From assembly GCA_050613775.1 (NCBI GenBank), contig JBODTK010000013.1, positions 372,001 to 436,000 of the forward strand: a DNA stretch of 64,000 nucleotides, written 5' to 3'. This document shows positions 1 through 14,028 of this stretch, in pieces (the first letter of the stretch is position 1; each line of letters opens with the position of its first letter). Below the pieces are notes generated by a model. It ran no database searches. It was not told the DNA's origin and saw nothing but the letters and a program-made list of their open reading frames with translations. The position numbers and the translations under genes were made by a program. The DNA is from Neocallimastix sp. 'constans' (taxonomy: Eukaryota).

Positions 1-560
1 AATGATATAGTCAGTCAAAAAATTAATTTGAACTGAAAATACTATTGTCAATTATTAATAATAAAAATAAATATATATATATATATTTAACTTCAATATT
101 AATAAATATAAATCAATCAAGTATAAATACCTTTTTCAAACATAAAAACCAATAATATAAATGTTTAATTAATTAATTTCAAATGACATAATAAAAAATA
201 TTACATTAAAAATAAGATAAAAATAGAAACCAATCATACTTCTGAAATATATTATTTTATAAACTTTTTTTATTAAGTAATAAATATAACTTAATCAATT
301 ATCAAAAAATATATATTATTAAAGTTTATTATAAATCATCATAGAAATATTAAACAATATATATTTCAATTTGTATTTATTTAATGAAAATAGAATAAGG
401 TTTTAATCAATATATTGAACATGTATAAATAAACAATCCAGACATACAACATATCCCTCATCAATTATTCTTTAAAATTTTAAATAAAAAAAAAAATATT
501 CGCATAATATAAAATATTAATAAATTATTAAAAAAATAAACTAATTTGAAACTCTCCACA

Positions 561-3500
561 ATGGCTAACACAAGAAGAAACAATAGAAATGAAGTAATTA
601 CCATTGAAGAACCCATTGACATCTATCCAACAATAAAATTTAACTACTCTGAAAATTTTAACAGAGTAGTTGAATTAAATACTGAAAACTATAATAGATG
701 GAGAACCAAAATCCTTCATCTATTATCAATTAACAACCTAGTTGGTTATATCACCAAAGAAAAGGTTAAGAAGTTAAGGAAAAGAGATATACAAGATGAC
801 CTATCTTAACATATCGAAGATGAATTTGATGACACATTGGTGTATGACAAAAACACCAATGTAGTTGATATCAATAACGATATCACAACAAAATGGATCG
901 TCCTAAATAGTATTGGAGAAAAAACCCAAAACATTGTGCAAGGATCAAATAAAACCGCCTTTGAATTGTGGAAGATTCTAAAAAGATCTTTTACCAAAAA
1001 CATCAACACGCGTAAATTAGAACTTAAAACCAAACTCGATAATTTGAAGTATAACCCAGAAGTGGACATTAATATATTTATTGCTGAACTACAGAACACT
1101 ATTGATGAACTCGAGAAAATAGATAATGACATTGAATTAAGTGTTAAAGCGGGCATCCTTAACTGAAGTTTCCCAGAAGAACTCCGTTGGATTAATGTGT
1201 TCCAATTTAAAAATGATTGGAATAAATGTAGTAAATATGTTAAGGTTGTATTGCCTGAAATCATCTTCAAACTTAAATAAATCCATAACTAATAATCAAA
1301 ATAATAAAAACATATTTTCAATAGAAAATAATACTAACATTAATACAAATAAGAAAAAACTTACTAAAATAAAAACATTTACTAAAAAGACTAAAAATGG
1401 TAGATGTAATTACTGTAGTAAATGGGGCTATTTATTTTATGACTATAAAAATAGAAGAGATGATAAAATTAATAACAAAAGAAGAAAAATTTTCAAACGG
1501 AGAAGAAATAATTTTAAAAGAAAATATAATAATCGTAGAAATTATGCATTTTTTCATAGAAAAAGAAAGGTACGATACAAGCAATGCAGATGCTTTTACC
1601 AAGGATTACAATTCTCAAGAAAATCTTGATATTAATTTTGCCGAAATAAATAAACAAAACGAAGAAAATAAACAAAAGGAAATAATGTGTTGGATATTGG
1701 ACTCCGGCGCATCAATAAATATCACTAGTCATTTAAATAAAATACTTAATATTTATTCAAAAGTGCAATGACAAAGTTTATTTAGCTAATAATTAAGTTA
1801 TATCAACACAATTTAAAAGAGATTTCATAGGATACATTAGTAATCACAAAATAACCATTAAGAATTTTTATTACTCACCAAAAATAAATAAAAATTTATT
1901 ATCAATTGGAAATCTTACACAACAAGGATACAAAATAATTTTCAATAATACTAATAATAAATCATACGCACTAATTTATGACGAACACAATCAAAGAATA
2001 TTATCAATTAAATCGAACCAATCTAATACATTTAAATTTTGGATTTCAACTCAACCATTAAATTTTCAAAGCAAACAACATAATAATAATTTGGTTGAAG
2101 TTAATTATACACATTTGAAATCAATTGATAAACTAAATTTATGGCATCGTCGTTTTGCTCATTTTAATATCAATAGTATCAAAAATAAAATTTTAAAAAT
2201 CAACATAAACTCAAAGTGCCCTATTTGTAGTTATTCAAAACTTAAAAATAAACCCTTCAAATCATCACATAATAGAGCCAAAAATATATTTCAACTCATA
2301 CACATGGATCTTATAAGTCCAATACAAAACTCTATCTATGACATAAATATATCTTAACAATTTTGGATGACCATTCAAGATTTGGGTGGACTCTCTTTAT
2401 GAAGAGTAAATCAGAAACTTTTTATCACTTCCATAATTGGTTTAATAAAATAAAAAATCAATTTAACAAAAGAATTCAATATATCCGTATAGATAATGGC
2501 ACCGAATTTAACAACAAAAATTTCAAACAATTCTGCATTGACTTTGGAATACTACATCAATTTACTGTTCCCTACCAGCCACAATAAAATGGTAGGATTG
2601 AACGATTCAACGGCACTATAATCAATTCTGCAAAGTCAATGTTAAATGAAGCAATACTGAGCTTACAATTTTGGGAAGACGCCGTCTCTACTTTCAACTA
2701 CATTCATAATCGAATCCCTCATAAAGGGATAAATAATAAAATTCCATATGAACTTCTAACCAATAACAAAGTTGATTATTCAAACCTACGTGTCTTCGGA
2801 TGTAAAATTTTTTATTACATTCCAAAACTATTATGTACCAAATTTCAAAATAATTCATCTCCTGGCATATTCTTGGGGTATGTTGATAATCCCACAGCAC
2901 ACAAAATTCTTGATATAACAAATAATAAAATTATAATTTCACGAAATGTTGAATTCTTTGAATTTACACCAGGAAATTCACATTTATCTCATTGCGATAA
3001 TGACATCTCAAATTTTATTCCTAATAATATAATAAAGAGGAATGATAATACCTACTTTTATGATAAAACGTATGATATAAACCATGGTAAAGACTTTAAT
3101 AATATTAATAATAATAATCCGTATTATCAATATAATTGTAAAGAAGATACCAAAATAGATTACAATAACAAAGGAAGATAATAAAATTTTATTTAAAAAA
3201 ATATTTTTATTAAAAATATATTTTATTAATATTAATAGTTGTTTGTTAAAAATAACAATTACATCGAGAAAAAAATGTGAAAAGTATCTTCTATTTATAC
3301 TTTTCCTAAATACATTGATAATATATTATTTTATTTAAATTACATATATTTTAATATAAAACTATCCTAATGAATTTTATTAAATAATAAATTTATAAAC
3401 TATAGCTAAATTTAGAAAAATATAATTATCAATTAAACTAAATACTAAATAATTAAAATTAAGTACATTTATTATCTATTTATTATTTTAATATTATAAG

Positions 3501-5982
3501 TAAAGTCTTTATTTATTTTCGATTTAAAAACATTGTTAAAGGAGTCATGATTAAATTTTGAAACTTAATTTTCACAAAATAAATTATTAATTTATTTTGT
3601 TTTAAACTTTTATTAATTCATTTAAATTATTTTACAACAATAATTTTCTCAGAATTAACTTTTATAAAAATTATTACATTAAAAATTTATCTTGTGGCTT
3701 AAGAATATAATTCAAAAATTTAGTTCATATGATTTATTTATTTTGCTTATTATTTTATAAATCAAAGAATAATTTAAATTTTTGAATTACACAAGAAAAA
3801 TTTTTAATTTAAAATGTGATTGGGATAATCACATCTTTACAATAATAATAATAAGTCAAATAATATTTAAATATTAGACAATAATACTAAAATTAATGAA
3901 AATTATATACGAAGTAAAAACAATCAAATTAAAAATAAAAGAACATATAACAAAAGAAGAAACAACAATAATAACAACACCAAAATTATTAATTATAATC
4001 AAAACAAATATTATAATAATAATATAGAATCTCAAGATAATAACATTAACAACAATAATAATAACAATAACACAAGCAACAATAACACAAACAGCAACAA
4101 CAACACTATCAACAGCAACAATAACAAAATAAATAATAATATTAATCAAAACGATAATATGATCACTGTCAGTAATAAAAACAACTACAATAATACAAAT
4201 ACAGACAGCTATAACTCAAACAATAATAACGATAACAAAAATGAACAACGAATTATCAATAACTTAATGAATAACAAACTATTTAACATAGAATCTTCTA
4301 TACATTTAGGAAAAAGAAATAGAAATGAAATCTTTATATTAAATTCAAATAACAAAAAACAAAAATCATTAAAAGAATTACGCGAACCAAAAAATTATTA
4401 TGATATCTTTAATTTAAATGATAAAAATGAATGGTTAAAATCAGTCAATAATGAATTCAACAATATGAGAAATCCAAAAGTATATGAAACAATTGATAAA
4501 ATACCTAAGAATGCAAACTTAATATCATCAAGATGGATTTTCAAATTCAAACGAAACTCAAATGGAGAAATAATCAAAAGAAAATCAAGATTAGTAGCAA
4601 AGGAATTTACACAAGAATACGGCATAGATTATAAAGAAACCTTTGCACCTACCTTAAAACAGGATTCAATAAGAATCTTTACAGCGATTGCCACTCAGAA
4701 CAATTTTGAAATAAACCAAATAGATATAACTGCCGCCTATTTAAATGCTGAATTAAATGAAGATTTGTATATGAAATCACCCAAAGGACATGAAGATTAC
4801 AATAAGAAATTTTGGAAATTGAAGAAGGCAATATATGAACTGAAACAAAGTGGTGCCAAGTAGAATGATAAATTAAACGGCTATATAATAAAAATTGGAT
4901 ATGAAAGACTTATAAGTGAACCTTGTCTGTACGTTAAATTTAATAAAAGAAAACTTTTAAGTATGTTAGTTATATATGTGGATGATATTTTAATATCAGG
5001 ATCAAAGAAAACAATAGAAAGTGTAAAATTGTTAATTGAGAAAAAGTTTAAAATGAAAGATATAGGTAATGTTGATTATATTATTAGAATAAAATTTATA
5101 AAACATAAAAATGGTTACTTTTTACATCAACACAGATATATAGATGAATTACTTTCTAAGTTAAATATGAAAAATTGTACACCTCTTAGAATTATGACTC
5201 CAATTGAAAATGAAGATCTTAAGAAGGTAAAAGTAGATGAAACAAAATATAGAAGCATAATAGGAAATTTATTATATCTCAGTATATGTACAAGACCTGA
5301 CATTATCTTCTCTGTATCAAAAGCAGCTAGAAGAGTAAAGGAACAAAATATGGAAGACTGGAATAACGTAATGAGAATATTAAGATATTTAAAAGGAACT
5401 AAAAAATTTGAAATAAATTTCAAAAATAATCCGAATGTTAAAGCATATATCGATTCGGATTACGGAGGTGACTTGGAAACTAGACGTTCAACAACAGGAT
5501 TCTTAATAACTTTTGGTGGTGCACCAACAAGCTGGTGTTCAAAGTTACAAAAATCCATATCGACTTCAACAGCCGAGTCCGAATATTAAAGTCTTAGTGA
5601 ATGCGGTAAACAATGTATATGGTACTTAAATTTATTCGAAGAATTGCACTTAAATATTAAAAATATTGAAGTAAATGTTAACAATAAAGCAGCTATTTAT
5701 AATGCTAAAAATCAAAGTATCAACCCAAAAACTAAACATGTAGACATTAGGGTTCATTACATAAGAGAAATAGTCAAAGAAAATAAAATCTATCTTAAAT
5801 ATATAAAATCTGAAAACAATCTCACTGATGGGTTTACGAAGTATTTAAATGGGACATTAATGGATAAATTTAGAAATTCTTTATTAACCAAAATTGATGA
5901 TTTATATTTTATTTTAAATAATATAAATAAAAAATATTACATTTTAGGAAAGTCATATTTTAGGAGGAATGTTAGAATATAA
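561..5982 (+). pseudogene. Disrupted Copia gag-PR-IN-RT-RNaseH polyprotein
   Basis: MANTRRNN start, WILDSGAS protease, LWHRRFAH and HMDL integrase, YVDD RT and KTKHVDIRVH RNaseH motifs, split by many stops and frameshifts. Confidence 0.95.
3137..3841. mobile_element. Solo LTR (705 bp) of an unrelated family inserted in copy A1
   Basis: TGTAAAGA...TCTTTACA termini with ATAAT TSD (3132-3136, 3842-3846). Removing it restores the sequence seen in copies A2 and A3. Confidence 0.9.
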
Positions 5983-6194
5983 AAAAATAAATACTTAATA
6001 ATGACTTTAATATAATTTACCCAATCAGAATATTATTATATTTATATAAAATTATAAAAGAAATAAAATGTAACCTTGTCATAAATATACACTTTTTATG
6101 ATAGTGAAACAAAAAGATAAATAAGTATTTTATAAAAAAATGATACACTAAAAATATATCTAATTTTCTCAATATTTGCTTTTAGTATTTAATA
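5970..6194 (+). repeat. 3' LTR of Copia A1
   Basis: TGTTAGAAT...TTTAATA, homologous to 24827-25064, 31008-31245, 51375-51616 and 63582-63821. Confidence 0.9.
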
Positions 6195-6871
6195 AATATG
6201 TATAAATAATAATTGGACTTGTAACTGTAACGCACTAGTGTTATTATTAACGTAAATTGTTAAAATAAATATTAATATTAATAAATAAAAAATTAATTAT
6301 TAAATAAATAAATTTACCTGTGTAAGTCCAGTAACTAATAACAAATAGAGTTATAAAATGATGCGTTATATTCTAGGATATTAGAGATAAATAATTAAAA
6401 ATATAATTAATTTTAGTGTTTATTATTAAAAACTCGAATAGAGAGGTGTTAAGTTATCTTAACCTTTAAAATCAGTTATTATTCGTTATTTTAGTTAATA
6501 ATAAACTTACCTTTTACAATAGTAACGCTTTATAACTAGATAACCGATAATAATTAAATAAAATTAAAACCCTAAGTAATAATTTAATTGTTAAAATAGT
6601 TTAGTTTTATAAAATAAAAATAGTACTTTAATATTAGATCAAAAGTTTGTTTATTTTTTTTATTTACTTTTAGAAAATTTTTGCGAAGAGTTTTTACGCC
6701 ACAATACGTTGTGAGTAAGCCACGGAAAACTTTTGAAAAAAAAAATTTTTTTGGCTTAAAATTATTATTAACTAAATAAATTTAATTAAGTGAACATATA
6801 AATAATTAATTAAATAAATAATATATAAGTAAATGTATAAATACAATTTAAATAAATCTCCACATAAGTAA

Positions 6872-9190
6872 ATGGACAAAAAAAGGAAAAAATGCCAAAG
6901 CACCCGAAAACACCAGGAAAACTACGAGGAGTGGTTCCCTAAAGAGTTCGGTGGGTAGTGTAGTCGCTGAAAATAGTCCTACGCCTGTTGAGGCCCCTCC
7001 AGCTCGACGTTAGAATACATGAGATAAGAAAACGACTAGCACTCCTGAGAAACCAGCTGCATTGAAACCCAAACCAGCTGTGGCGCCTGAGACTAGTAAA
7101 CCCGAGGCTAGTAAACCTGAAGCTAGTAAGCCAGGAGCTACCCAAAGGGAAAGTTCAAGCACGAGTAACAATGCAGGAGCTATGGACTTTGCTGCTTTGC
7201 TAACTTAAGCACGAATGGGGTAAAGCCTACGAATACCTATCAGAGTTCAATAGACTAAGCAGAATACTTCAGCTGACAGACGAAACCAAAAGTTTGCTAC
7301 TAGTACAACAAGTTAGACTCTTGGTTCGAGAAGCCTTCTACGACCTGCCTGCAGAAAAACAAACCTTAGAAGATTACGTGACTTGTCTAAGGAGATGCGA
7401 TACTTTCCCTGTGGACTACAAAGATGACTACTAAGATATGAGTACAACCGCGATAGGAAGATAGCCATCATGGCCCTGTTAGGAATGATGGACCCGTGAA
7501 GACCCTCCAACAATATAGAATATTTCATTTTTAGGTCATGTGTGGTCAGCAAAGATGGTGTGGAAACTGACCCAGAAAAGATAAAGACCATGGCTGAGTG
7601 GCCACAACCAGAAAACGTTAAGTAAATGCAAAGCTTTCTAGGCTTTTGCAATTATTATAGAAATTTTATAAAGAACTTTTCGGAAATAGCCAAACCGATA
7701 TTTAAGATGACTTCAAAGAAGGAAAATTTTAAGTGGAATGAAGAAGGATTGACCGCGTTCCACAAGTTAAAGGAAATGCTTACCTCTCCGCCAGTGCTTA
7801 TCTTACCCTGACCACGAGAAACAGTTCTTCGTTGAATGTGATGCTAGTAATTACGCGATAGGAGGTGTGCTGTCACAAAAAGGAGACGATGGTACCCTTC
7901 ATACTATATATTATTAGTCATAGACACTCAGTAAGGCTGAAGTGAACTACTCGATTACAGAAAAAGAATTATTAGCAATTAAGTCTGCTTTTACATGATG
8001 GCGAACACTTGCTTCAAGGTGCGAAGAACAAGATTATTGTTTATAGTGACCACAGAAATCTGTTGTTCTTTACAAAACCACAATTATTAACTCCTAGGCA
8101 AATTAGATGGCTGGTACTATTCGCCACATACTGGTTTGAAATAGTATACAGACTTGGGAAGAAGAATTGTAAAGCTGATGCTCTCTCAAGAGTGGAAACA
8201 GAGAAAACTGAGGGTAAAGAATTTGATAAAGATTGCCTATTGAAACCCGATCAATTGGTAGGATTTGATGGTGCCCAACACTAACGAGACTGCTGACGCA
8301 TTCCTAAAGAAATTTATATGTTGCACGGATTCCCTAAGGTGGTTACGACTGACAGAGGAGTTCAGTTTACAAGCCAAGTATAAAAGGAGCTGCTAGATTT
8401 CTTAACTAAAGTAAACTATGCTACCACTAGTCATCATGAACCGCTAGGTCAAATCGAAAGGAACAACGCCTACGTGGAAACTTATTTACGGTGTTTTGTG
8501 GGAACCTACGATGATGAAAGCTGGATGGATTACTTGTTCTTGGCAGAATTCTGCTATAACAATTCAATCCACGCTTCTACCCAACAATCTCCTTTCCTTA
8601 CCTTGTATAACTACCAGGTGCTCAATTCTCCAAAAACAGCAGACCTAATTCACTCGTTAGACGAAGCAAAGGTAATAGATAGCTTTGCGCACAATCTGGG
8701 TAACTTAAAACCCATACTAAAAATTGCCCAAACCAGATACCTGGATAATATGGATAAAACGAGAACTAATAATTATTCTAGGTATAGGTTGTTAGATAAG
8801 ATATGGTTGAAGAAACCTGAGAATTACGATGCCTTACCTTTCTACAAGCTAAGTACAAGAAAGTACGGACCATTCAAGGTAGTAGGCGTCGACGAAGAAA
8901 AGAAAAATTATAGGCTAAATATCAGTCGTTCGCCATTCCCTAATATGTATCCAGTGTTCCATGTAAGCGAAGTGGAACCATTTTATAAACTAACAAAAAC
9001 GCTAGTATTGACTCATGTAGGAAACTAAAAGATAATTCACATCCTTGAATCTAGAAAACATCAAGGACAGTACCAATATCTGATTGCTTACTAGAATGAC
9101 AGACAAGAGTGGGTAAACGTCGACGTGATCGACGACAATCCTCACTATGCAGAATTGCTGGAGGATTACCAAGATTTTAGTTATAGCTAA
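6872..9190 (+). pseudogene. Gypsy gag/pol remnants: RT C-terminus, RNaseH, integrase, chromodomain
   Basis: FLGHVVSKDGVETDPEKI, SFLGFCNYYRNFI, ECDASNYAIGGVLSQ, SDHRNL, TDRGVQFTS, KYGPFKV and YPVFHVSE, then a chromodomain-like ILESRKHQGQYQYLIAY..EWV at about 9030-9190. Confidence 0.88.
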
Positions 9191-9241
9191 TTCATTGCTA
9201 AGGTCATCAACCATTAGTAGCTTGCTCCTTGGGAGAGGCCT

Positions 9242-9809
9242 TATAACAGATACATGGTAACTTCAAGCCTATCCAATGATAATTCTTTGGTTATATAACG
9301 TATCTCTAAACAGTTAGCAATTTCAGCTAATCAAATAAAATCTTTTCTTAAATTTCGTACATTAAATTTTATTATTTTATAGTTTATTTTTATAGTTAAT
9401 TATATATTAAATATTTAGTTAAATATATTTTTATGTAGTTGTTTAGTAAACTAAGTTAAATTAAATTATTTACCAAACATAAAATTATTAACATGTATAA
9501 AAAATAATTAAACTTGTAATTGTAACGCACTATCGTTACTATTAACTTAAATTGTTAAAATAAATATTAATATTAATAAATAAAAATATAATTATTAAAT
9601 AAATAAATCTACCCTGTGTAAGCCCAGTAACTAATAACAATTAGAGTTAGAAAGTGCTGCGCTATATTCAAGAGTATTAGAGATAAGTAATGGTAAATAT
9701 AATTAATTTTAGTGTTTATTATTAACAACTCGAATAGAGAGGTGTTAAATTATCTTTGCCTTTAAAATTAGTTATTATTCGTTATTTTCGTTAATAATAA
9801 CCTTTTACA
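9242..9809 (+). repeat. Gypsy 3' LTR (about 568 bp)
   Basis: T(A)TAACAGATAC...CCTTTTACA, homologous to 11236-11807 (inverted) and 12825-13343. Confidence 0.9.
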
Positions 9810-11235
9810 GTGAAACAAATTGAAAATAAAGTTAATTTAGTAATTTCTTACTAAAAGTCTTTATTTTTATGTTCAAATAAAACTAGATATACTAGTTAAT
9901 AAAAAAAAATAAAAGTAATTTTAATTTTATTTAAATATTTTATTAAGAAATTTAAAATAATTAAATCAATAAGTTATTGATTTATTAATACATTTTGTTT
10001 TATTAAAATTATAATTTATTAAAAATAATCATTTTAAAATATTATTATTAATATTATCTAATTTTTATAATGACTAATTAGAGACAATTTTTAAAACTAT
10101 TAATTTTTTTAATTCTATTTATATTAATTTTTGTATTTATACTCTGTTTATAAATAATAAATTAAACTATTAATAATAAACAATTAAATAAACAATTATT
10201 GTTTATTTTATATTATTTTAATCTAATTATTATTAATTATGTATTATTTAAATATTTAATATTTTTATAAATGTTTATAATTTAAAAATTAATTAGTTTA
10301 TTATTATTTAATTATTTATTGTTTTTATATTCCGTTTTATAATTATTTTTTATTTTTAATTTTCATTCTTTATCAACATGTTATGGTTCGGGTTTATTAG
10401 AAATATTTTATTTAATTATTTATTTATTTGTTTTTGTCTGTCTACATTTTAATTATTAAAAAACTTCACTTATTTATACTTTTTGAGAAAAAATAAATAT
10501 GTAAAGCCTTTCTACATTTTATCATTATATTTAAAAAAAATAATTTACTATTACTAATTACTTCAAATTTTATATTAAATTAAATTAAATAATTCATAAT
10601 TATTTTATTTTAATAAATTTTGTTTATATAATTTTATATTATTTTTCATATACTAAAACTAAATTATTTAATATATATGAAAAGAAACAAACAAAATTTA
10701 AAAAGATTTTACAGAAAAATAAAGTTATTTTAATCAAGATTATTAATATAATATTCTTATATTTTATATAAAATAAATTTAAGAACTATAATATATCTAA
10801 TATTTATTATTAATCAATTAAGATTTGATTTTGTTTGTGGGGAATAAAAATATTTATAAATTAATTAATCAATTTAAAAATAAAATAAAATACTAAAAAG
10901 AATACAATTTTAATATTGATACAATATAATAATAATATAATAATATATTTGAAAATGAAAATAAAATATTAATATTAATAATAAACACTTTAATAAAATA
11001 ATAAAATTTAAGGTTATATTATATATATTGATATTTATAATAATAATATAGAATTTTGGATAATATTTTAATAATTATTTAATAAAAGTATAGAAAAAAA
11101 TTTATATTTATAAAATATTTTAGTATAGAAAAAATAGTAAAGTAATATTAAGTAAAGAACAATATAACGGATTCTAAAGTAAGTTGAATTTCTAATTAAT
11201 AATCCATTATATGTTCGTTCTTTACCAAACAGTTA

Positions 11236-11807
11236 TGTAAAAGGTAAGTTTATTATTAACTAAAATAACGAATAATAACTAATTTTAAAGGCCAAGATAA
11301 TTTAATACCTCTCTATTCGAGTTGTTAATAATAAATAATAAATTAATTATAATTATAATTATTTATCTTTATTACTCTAGAATATAGCGCAGCACTTTAT
11401 AACTCTACTTGTTATTAGTTACTGGGCTTACACAGGGTAGATTTATTTATTTAATAATTATATTTTTATTTATTAATATTAATATTTATTTTAACAATTT
11501 AAGTTAATAGTAACGTTAGTGCGTTAAAATTACAAGTTCAGTTATTTTTTATACATGTTAATAATTTTATGATTGGTAAATAATTTAATTTAACTTAGTT
11601 TACTAATCAACTAAATAAAAATATATTTAACTAAATATTTAACTATATAATTAACTATAAAAATAAACTATAAAATAATAGAATTAATGTACGAAATTTA
11701 AGAAAAGATTTTATTTGATTAGTCAAAATTGCTAACTGTTTAGAGATACGTTACGTAACCAAAGAACTATCATTGGATAGGCTTGAAGTTACCATGTATC
11801 TGTTACA
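11236..11807 (-). mobile_element. Solo LTR of the Gypsy family
   Basis: Inverted copy of 9242-9809. The AGTTA TSD is recovered after removing the 11809-12814 insertion. Confidence 0.92.
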
Positions 11808-11808
11808 A

Positions 11809-12814
11809 TGTAAGAATCTATAATTATTTTTAAATAAAATAGTTATATTTTCTTAGTTAAGTTATAATAATTATAACTTTATTTAATTATATTATATTTT
11901 TTCATTTAAATATTATTAATAATTTATTTAATTCAATTTTAGATATTCATTAATTTAATATAACAAAATTTATTTAATTAATTATTATTTATGCATTTAT
12001 AAATAATTATAGTTTATTTAATTATACATTTAATTATTAAATTTATTAGTCTTAGCTTATTTATTTAATTAAATTGTAAACAATCACATTATGTATTCTA
12101 TTATGTATTCTATTATGTATTCTATTATGTATTCTATTATGTATTCTGTATTTTGTTGATTAATATTATTAATATGTTATTTTCCTTATTTGTAAATTTA
12201 TGATTTTATGATCGAAATATCTTTTATTATTCTATTCTTTTATTTTAGATCAATTAGATTAGATTAGTGAATCGGTTAATTAGGGTTTTTCCCAATCACT
12301 TCTTAAAAGTAATTGGTTTTACTTAATTGATACGATGATTGATATGGTAAGAATATCGATAAAAAATCTTATCTAGGTTTTTCTCTCTAATCTTTTCCTA
12401 GATAAGAGATTTGTTAAGATTAGAAAACACTTTTTTAATTTAACCTTATTTTTCAAAAAAATATAAATAAGGCTCTTGAGTTCTCTTTGAGAAATCAAGA
12501 GTTATTATTATAATATAACAATAATAATATAATAATAAAGATTAAATTTTTATATTTCTTATTTAATAAATATAGTTTAATAATAAAATAAAATTTAAAT
12601 AAAAATAAAATAAATAAAAATTTTTCATCGTAACAAATCCGTGTAACCTTTGGTATTTAGTTTATTATAATTAGTTATAATAAACTCTTAAATATTTAGA
12701 TAAGTATAAATTTACTATTTTATTTTTCTCAATTTAATAATAATTTTTATAAAGTTATTATTAAGTTGCAGTTAATAATTTAATTAAAATTAATTTAATA
12801 ATTAAATTATTACA
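11809..12814. mobile_element. Solo LTR (about 1006 bp) of another family
   Basis: TGTAA...TTACA termini with TACAA TSD (11804-11808, 12815-12819). A diverged homolog lies near 31400-31900. Confidence 0.82.
12088..12147. repeat. 12-bp tandem repeat ATTATGTATTCT x5
   Basis: Read directly from the sequence. Confidence 0.95.
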
Positions 12815-12824
12815 TACAAGTTAT

Positions 12825-13343
12825 TGTAACAGATACATGGTAACTTCAAGCCTATCCAATGATAATTCTTTGGTTACGTAACGTATCTCTAAACAGTTAG
12901 CAATTTTGACTAATCAAATAAAATCTTTTCTTAAATTTCGTACATTAAATTTTATTATTTTATAGTTTATTTTTATTGTTAATTATATTATTAAATATTT
13001 AGTTAAATATATTTTTATGTAGTTGATTAATAAACTAAGTTAAATTAAATTATTTGTCAATTATAAAATTATTAACATGTATAAATAATTGAACTTGTAA
13101 CTGTAACGCACTAGCGTTACTATTAACTTAAATTGTTAAAATAAATATTAATATTAATAAATAAAAATATAATTATTAAATTAATAAATTTCCCTATGAA
13201 AGCCCAGTAACTAATAACAATTAGAGTTAGAAAGTGCTGCGCTATATTCAAGAGTATTAGAGATAAGTAATGGTAAATATAATTAATTTTAGTGTTTATT
13301 ATTAACAACTCAAATAGAGAGGTATTAAATTATCTTAGCCTTT
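12825..13343 (+). repeat. Gypsy-family LTR truncated near its 3' end
   Basis: Starts TGTAACAGATAC and matches 9242-9763. It then switches to unrelated TGTTAAG at 13344, probably a further insertion. Confidence 0.88.
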
Positions 13344-14028
13344 TGTTAAGATAATAACTGAATTTCAATTCAATTTCAATTTCAATAATTCAGTTATTTT
13401 AATTTCAATATTAATAAATAATAATATACAATTATTATTAAATTAACTTTATTAAAATATTTAGGAAATAGTCTAAGCCATCTAATTGACTAAATATTAT
13501 AAACATACTGAAATTAATATATATTAAATAATATAAACACGTGATTGTCATATTGATATGCGAGACTTTTATGTGCAATAATTTATAAGCAGTGGGTTTT
13601 AAATAATGGTAGTTTAGTAAATTTTATTAATAAAATTATAATATTCGTACAATTAAAATAATAATTCTAATTCCTAAAAATTTACAAGCGAATTCTCTAT
13701 TTCTAATATAAATAATCTAATCTATTTATAAGAAATAGGTAATATACTAATTATATATTATAATATATAGAAGTATATAAATTTTATAAGAATTAAAGTA
13801 TTATAATTATTATAATTATAATAATACATATTGAAATAAAATAAAATAAAAATAATTATTATCAAAAAGATATAAATTTAATATTTAATAATTATTATTA
13901 AATATATAAATATGTTACTACACATATTTGTTTTATATCAGAAATGCCCTTGCTAAAAATTAAACTATATATTTTTTTTATAAAAGAAAATATAAGGTTT
14001 AATTAATATAAATAATAATTTTAAAATT

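Larger units (their letters stand above)
1..6194 (+). mobile_element. Ty1/Copia family A copy 1, degenerate; 5' LTR lies upstream of the window
   Basis: Leader and ORF fragments are colinear with the intact copy at 24827-31245. PPT AGGAGGAA at 5962-5969 is followed by the LTR. Confidence 0.95.
6195..9809 (+). mobile_element. Internally deleted Ty3/Gypsy chromovirus-like element; 5' LTR interrupted by Copia A1
   Basis: Partial LTR 6195-6518 matches the 3' half of LTR 9242-9809. PPT GGGAGAGG at about 9231. Domain order is RT-RNaseH-IN. Confidence 0.9.

Noticed and set aside
6519..6532. ATAGTAACGC as a tRNA-iMet PBS of the Gypsy element
   Set aside because: The position fits, but it needs two G>A changes from TGGTAGCGC and is too degenerate to call.
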